A stretch of DNA of 29,604 nucleotides from Opitutia bacterium (GTDB lineage Bacteria > Verrucomicrobiota > Verrucomicrobiia > Opitutales > T3Sed10-336). A model generated the notes under the pieces. The model did not search any database. It was not told the DNA's origin and saw nothing but the letters and a program-made list of their open reading frames with translations. The stretch lies in assembly GCA_050506795.1 (NCBI GenBank), contig JBJHCF010000049.1:1-29604 (forward strand), in the 5' to 3' direction. The first letter of the stretch is position 1; each line of letters starts with the position of its first letter. The translations under genes were made by a program, and so were the position numbers. Below are positions 27,773-29,604 of this stretch, piece by piece.

Positions 27773-28801
27773 TCAACGGTTTTGCGGCAGTCGAATCCAT
27801 TCCACCGCCTCCGGATCGCTGCGCCCCACGCCCAACTGTTCCGCAAAGTCCAGCAGCGGCAGGTATTCACCCAGGCCGGAAAACCCGCGGTTTCGCCGTT
27901 CCCGGTCGATTTCGGCAGCCATCAGGGCATCCAACAGCACCGGATCGGCGCTCATCCACAAGACCGGTTTGGTTGCCGTATACAGGGATCGAAAGGCCGG
28001 ACCGGCGATAAACTGATAAGGCTCGAGGGTGGTCAGGTTGAGCAGCCACCCCTCCCGCAGTTCCGGGATGGCGGCCATTTCCGCCGCCGCCGCCGAGCCG
28101 GTGGAGCGGCTGGCGAGGAATCGGCCGGTATTGCTCGCGTTCCACAGGGTGGCGTTGAGCAAAGCCCCGTTTACCCCGAGATGCGGATGGTCGGTGTAGC
28201 GCGGCATATTGATCCAGAAATCCAGATTGTGCAGCAGGGGAAAGGCGAGATAACTCAGTCGGTCCACCCCGAAGGCCTCGTCCTCGGCGGGCAGCCCGAG
28301 ACCCGGCAACATCATGCGACGAAAATCCGTCCGCGGCGGCAACGGGCTTTCGTAGTGCCAGTCTCCGTCGTAGTACGCCCCGCTTTCCAGCACATAGACC
28401 GGCGACCCCTCGAACCGGTCCTCGCGGGCCCGTTCGAGAAATCCGGCCTGCTGCAGGCGGAATCGGCTCTGATCGACCAGAAAGATGTTTTCGCGCTGAA
28501 ACCCGCGTCGCTCGAGGGCCACCACCACAGCCCGCACCAGATCCCGGGGCGTGGCCAGACCCGGGCCGGACTGGGTGTAAACCTTCAAACCCACCCGGCC
28601 GGTGGCGCCCGGCTCCAGCGGCCGGTCACGGAGCTCCTCAAAACTGGCGAAGAGTTCCTCCACCGCGCTCACATAATCCCGGTCCCGTTCCTCACCGAAA
28701 CGCCACTCCCAGACCCGGGTGTCCCCCAAGGCATTAGGTTCTGTCGGGAGAAGACCGAGCACGACCGCGATCAGCACGAGCCGCAGACAAAAAATCTTCA
28801 C
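27773..28801 (-). CDS. DUF362-like exported protein
   Basis: VGLKV...LATPRDLVRAVV..L..RG and DFWINMP..DHP.LGVNGAL.N pattern, plus SADPVLLDA. The start is placed at GTG 28801 ahead of a signal-like hydrophobic stretch. The track extension to 29014 runs over the dnaG promoter and leader. Confidence 0.65.
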   Translation of the reverse strand: MKIFCLRLVLIAVVLGLLPTEPNALGDTRVWEWRFGEERDRDYVSAVEELFASFEELRDRPLEPGATGRVGLKVYTQSGPGLATPRDLVRAVVVALERRGFQRENIFLVDQSRFRLQQAGFLERAREDRFEGSPVYVLESGAYYDGDWHYESPLPPRTDFRRMMLPGLGLPAEDEAFGVDRLSYLAFPLLHNLDFWINMPRYTDHPHLGVNGALLNATLWNASNTGRFLASRSTGSAAAAEMAAIPELREGWLLNLTTLEPYQFIAGPAFRSLYTATKPVLWMSADPVLLDALMAAEIDRERRNRGFSGLGEYLPLLDFAEQLGVGRSDPEAVEWIRLPQNR

Positions 28802-28823
28802 CCGGCGCGGGCGGGCGGGACAC

Positions 28824-28852
28824 TTGACAGCGCCTCCGGAGCCGAACACACT
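28824..28852 (+). promoter_or_regulatory. sigma70-type promoter upstream of dnaG
   Basis: TTGACA (28824-28829), 17-nt spacer, CACACT (28847-28852). Confidence 0.5.
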
Positions 28853-29020
28853 TACCTCCGTTGCCGTGAGTCGCCCCTTCCGGCGCCACGTCGTACGCCA
28901 ATCGATGTATCGCCATACGGTGGTTAACACGATCGATTCCCGTTTCGCACGATGGTGCTCGGCAAATTCCGGCAGCCGGTTTTCGCCCGAGCTAATCGTT
29001 TCCTGATTCTCCACACCACC

Positions 29021-29604
29021 ATGGGTATCATTAAAAAGAGCAGTATAGAAGAATTGAAGAACCGGATCAACATTGTCGACGTGGTTTCTCAGGTTGTTTC
29101 GCTTAAACGTGCCGGTTCACAATTTAAAGGGTTGAGCCCCTTCAATCCGGAAAAAACCCCCTCGTTCTTCGTGTCGCCCGACCGCAACATGTTCAAATGT
29201 TTCAGCAGCGGCATGGCGGGGGATATTTTCACCTTTGTCATGGAGACCGAGCGGCTGAATTTCCAGGAGGCGGCGGAAAGCCTGGCGCAGCGTTTCGGCG
29301 TGCCTCTGGAGTACGAAAAGGGCGCCCTGCCCCGCGAGGAGCGTTCTCTTCGGCAGATGCTTTTCGATATTCACGACCTCGCCACAGCTTATTTCCAGGA
29401 ATATTTTAAATCTTCCGGAACCGAACCGGAGCAGGTCCGCGAGTATTGGACCCGGGAACGGGGCTTCGACCTGGACCTGGCGGAATCCTTCCAGATCGGA
29501 CTGGCGCCGGTGGACGGCTCCGAGCTCCGCCGCCGCCTGACCGACCGCAAATTCACCCTGGAGGCCCTGGCCAAGTGCGGTCTTTTTTACCAGCGGGGCA
29601 ACGG
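29021..29604 (+). CDS. dnaG: DNA primase, 5' part (runs off the window; absent from the ORF track)
   Basis: Manual translation from ATG 29021 gives MGIIKKSSIEELKNRINIVDVVSQVVSLKRAGSQFKGLSPFNPEKTPSFFVSPDRNMFKCFSSGMAGDIFTFVMETERLNFQEAAESLAQRFG, the primase N-terminal domain. Confidence 0.96.
   Translation, partial: MGIIKKSSIEELKNRINIVDVVSQVVSLKRAGSQFKGLSPFNPEKTPSFFVSPDRNMFKCFSSGMAGDIFTFVMETERLNFQEAAESLAQRFGVPLEYEKGALPREERSLRQMLFDIHDLATAYFQEYFKSSGTEPEQVREYWTRERGFDLDLAESFQIGLAPVDGSELRRRLTDRKFTLEALAKCGLFYQRGN

Noticed and set aside
26042..28927. Long plus-strand ORFs (381, 305 and 381 aa)
   Set aside because: They overlap the well-supported DAC, nuoA and DUF362-like genes on the opposite strand and have no protein-like features.
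28802..29014. N-terminal 71-aa extension of the DUF362-like ORF
   Set aside because: It precedes a signal-like segment, overlaps the dnaG promoter and leader, and leaves only 6 nt between divergent starts.
1..29604. tRNA, rRNA, CRISPR, transposase, prophage or defence genes
   Set aside because: None were recognised on either strand.

Overview
GC-rich bacterial chromosome window, probably Verrucomicrobiota of the Opitutae type. This is inferred from the Minf_1886/Plancto-Verruco family gene, the C-terminal domain of the large secreted proteins and the overall gene content. The left ~8.4 kb looks accessory. It holds the 5' end of a group II intron on the minus strand, inserted at the GTTC of a degenerate attC-like site, then an alpha/beta hydrolase, a GH50 agarase-like gene with an apparent in-frame internal deletion, and a second attC-like remnant. 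Next come a 1421-aa secreted protein built of three copies of an unrecognised domain with two nested insertions, and an anaerobic sulfatase maturase. The rest is mostly core: exbB/exbD/tonB(tolQRA)-like genes, pfkB-tmk-holB, TPR and LysM proteins, an M16 protease, a Fur-family regulator, a Na+/sugar symporter, a 1798-aa CotH/lamin-tail protein, a PTS-EIIA-fused diadenylate cyclase, an orphan nuoA, a DUF362-like gene and the start of dnaG (absent from the ORF track). The most interesting signals are the intron-in-attC relic array, a C-terminal sorting-like domain shared by two otherwise unrelated secreted proteins, the nested repeat architecture, the EIIA-DAC fusion, an orphan sigma54-like promoter with hairpins, and a structured dnaG leader. 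All family calls come from motif recognition by eye, not database searches.
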